From Macrostomum lignano (Eukaryota): a DNA stretch of 64,000 nt. The notes below the pieces were generated by a model. It made no database searches and was not told the DNA's origin. It worked only from the letters and a program-made list of their open reading frames with translations. The translations under genes were made by a program, and so were the position numbers. The DNA lies in assembly GCA_002269645.1 (NCBI GenBank), contig NIVC01001390.1, forward strand, positions 186,001-250,000. The letters are read 5' to 3'. Below, piece by piece: positions 61,368 through 64,000 of the stretch (position 1 is the first letter of the stretch; each line of letters starts with the position of its first letter).

Positions 61368-64000
61368 GGCGGCAACCCATCCGTGGCCTTTTGGCCAAGT
61401 TGGGTACGGGCTCCGCCCGGAAGTGCACCTGTGCGTATCAGGTACCTCTGGCCACGGCTCTGAGGAAAAGGTACCACCCTCTGACCTTAACAGGGTATGC
61501 GGCCAGTCCGCAGGCTCCGGAGGCAGTACATCCTCCTGCTTCCCTCAAGGGCCCAGTGTAGTACCGTGCTGTTGGTCCTTTGGTTCGGCCTCTGGTTTTT
61601 CCAAGCCGGGCTCTTAGCCGGGGAGTTTCTCGGTTGCTAGCGGTCGGGCCGGTACGGGCTTAAGCCACCCCCCGGTCGCTACCTCTTGGCCTGGTTGCTG
61701 GGTTTGGGGTTACGGCCCAGCGGCTTCTCACCTTTAGTCCCCACTCGCCTTTTAGTGACTCATGGAGTATTCATTTACCTCCGACACGTCCGAGGCTGCT
61801 GGAGCACCAACCGAGGTTGGCACCGCGGCCCAGCCGGACATTCGCAACACCGGAACCCCCGGTGCCTCTCAATCTGCCGCTGCCGCCGCTCAGTATAATA
61901 CCGGAGTGGCTGGACAAGACAGCGGACCTCAGATTTCTTCAAAAAGAAGACCCGTTGCATTGCTCGCTACAAAGCCTTTCTCCAGCGCAAAGCGGAGGAA
62001 CGGAGGAATGCGAAAGCCGCCCCTCCGGCCACCTCTGAGGAGGGTGCCGGTAACTCTGCGAACCCCGCGGAGCCGACATCCGACAAGGGGGTGGACCCCG
62101 CGCGCCGGTCTGATGCGTCAGGTGCCGCTGAAGCTCCTGGTGCGGCTGGCCCCTCCCGTGACCGGACCTCTGCCCGTGTGGAAGCTCCCACGGCCGTGGA
62201 GGGATCCAAAGCGGGGGGCGCTGGCCAAACCACAAAGCCGAAGCGAACCTACGCGGCTATGGCCAAAAGGCAGCCGGCCCTGGTTATCCAAGGCCAGGAG
62301 ACGCCTCTTACGGCCGAACAGCTTGACCTTATCTGGCGCAGGTTTGACTCCCACCTGGTCAAGATGGCCTTGAACAGCACTACTATTCGAGTCCAAAAGA
62401 CGAAAGTCGAGGACCAAGCCCTCTATATCCAGCCCGCCGACAGCCAGTCAGGACAGCAGCTCCTCGAGCTGCTGAAAACCTTCGACTGGGGTACGGAGCT
62501 GGAGAACCTGTTCATCTACAGGGAGGACGAGCGACCCCGGACACACCGGCACCGTGCCTGGATCCCGGCTCGCAGCTGCATTACCAAGGCAGACGAGCTG
62601 CGTCACCTGCTAGTGGCTTCCAACCCGGAGCTACCGGCCAACGGTGTCGTAGTTCACGAGACCATCTCCAAGCCAGGCGGAGACGGTTTCACGGCTATTC
62701 TTGGACTGTCGGACAGCTGGATGCTCCGCTACCCGGACATGTCCATCATCTCTGTCGGGCTGTTGCAGATTCAGCTCTTTAGCTTTGAGTCTGACGCCAC
62801 CCGCCCACCGCCCCCGGAGAAGCGTAAGCGGGCAGTCGGGGGCTCTGCCGGGTGGAAACGCCCAGGAAAAGAAGCTCCCGGTCGTCACGACCCCTCCGAG
62901 GACGTGGACCCTGTCAGAGGGAAAGCCGCGAAAGCTGCAGCAACAAGGCGGACGTGGAAAGGGCCGGAAACCCGCCCGAAACACTATCCGCTCTGGTCTG
63001 ACTCAGCGCGCGAAGCAGCTGCTGGACACCGCCAAGGCCCCCAACCGCAGCCACCCCCAGCCCAGTGTCACCACTGCGGCCCCCCCGGAAAACCGGGCCG
63101 AGAGCGAGAATGCCGCCCAGGTAGCGACCTCGCCCTCGACCATGGAATCCATCCGGGAGGAGCCCATGGAGCTGGAGCCTGGAGCTATCGGCGAGGCAGA
63201 AGAGGCAGCTCTCCTGCACAACTCGCCTTGAGCCGGCAGGAAGCTGCGCGGACCACTCGTGGAATTCCCGGAGTGGACATCCTGCAGCTTAACCTGCACC
63301 ACAGCATCGCGGCCTCGACCAACCTGATGCGGGTGGCAAACTTTGCGAAACCGGGCATCATCCTGCTCCAGGAGCCCTGGACAAAGAAAGGTAAGATTCC
63401 GAATATTCCTGCTGGTTTTGACTGTTTTCAAGACCCCCAAAACCCCAGAGCAGCCATTTTCGTTTCTACCCACCTCAGAGCTTGGCACAGACCGGACCTC
63501 TCTGACAGAGACCTCTGTGTCATTCAGTCCAACGACATTATCACCAACCGCACGGTCATCATCGCCTCGATCTATATCCCTGGCGATGGCCCCGTGGTTC
63601 CACCCAACCTCACCTCCCTCGTGGACTACTGCTCTAACCGTAGGTTCGAGCTGCTGGTGGCGGGCGACATCAACGCTCACCACACCCACTGGGGCAGTAA
63701 TACTTCCAATGGCAGAGGCGAGGAACTCCTTGCTTACATCTGCACCACCAACACTGAGTTTTGCAACATTGGAGGAACCCCCACCTTTGACAACGGGCGA
63801 TGGACGGAGGCCCTCGACGTTACCCTCGTCTCCCATGGCTTGGCTCCTTTAGTCAAAGACTGGGAGGTGTGGGATGAAGAGGAGTCTCTGTCTGACCATC
63901 GCTTTGTTCGTTTTCGTTTGCAATCCTCTTGCCCCAAGCCTCACATTCTGTGGAAAAGGAACGTCCGGAACACTGATTGGACGGCTTTCACGGAAACCCT
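61155..64000 (+). mobile_element. Non-LTR retrotransposon (LINE), LOA/R1 group; 5' portion, runs off the window
   Basis: GC-rich leader from ~61155. ORF1 with TYAAMAK and RAWIP...LLVASNPEL (DUF4780-like, from recall). AP endonuclease from ~63270: ILQLNLHHS, LLQEPW, AGDINAHH..WGS..NGRG, SDHRFVRF. Confidence 0.92.

Noticed and set aside
63066-63113. CCHC zinc knuckle (CHHCGPPGKPGRERE C) in the LINE frame
   Set aside because: The His position is Lys and the spacing is wrong; probably chance in a GC-rich overlap.

Overview
This is eukaryotic (metazoan, invertebrate) genomic DNA with spliced genes and very dense 12-38 bp minisatellites. The architecture resembles the flatworm Macrostomum, but that is my inference. 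There are no prokaryotic features and no CRISPR array. Contents: (1) a family of four minus-strand, 4-exon genes for ~403-407 aa secreted proteins (signal peptide + PAN/apple-like domain + ALK/LTK-type glycine-rich domain, no TM or kinase), three clustered at 2.6-12.1 kb and one at 54.5-56.7 kb, plus an internally deleted fifth remnant; (2) a 5'-truncated F-type lectin + PAN gene; (3) an intact 6-exon coatomer beta' gene (COPB2) with a different minisatellite in every intron; (4) an intact, divergent netrin; (5) an intronless DEG/ENaC channel gene with four frameshifts; (6) the 5' part of a LOA/R1-group LINE whose first ~210 nt can be folded by hand into an HDV/CPEB3-like ribozyme; (7) two tRNA-derived SINE families (one CORE-like), several MITEs, and two GGG...CCC elements with clear target-site duplications. 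All structures were traced by eye; no database search or folding program was run.
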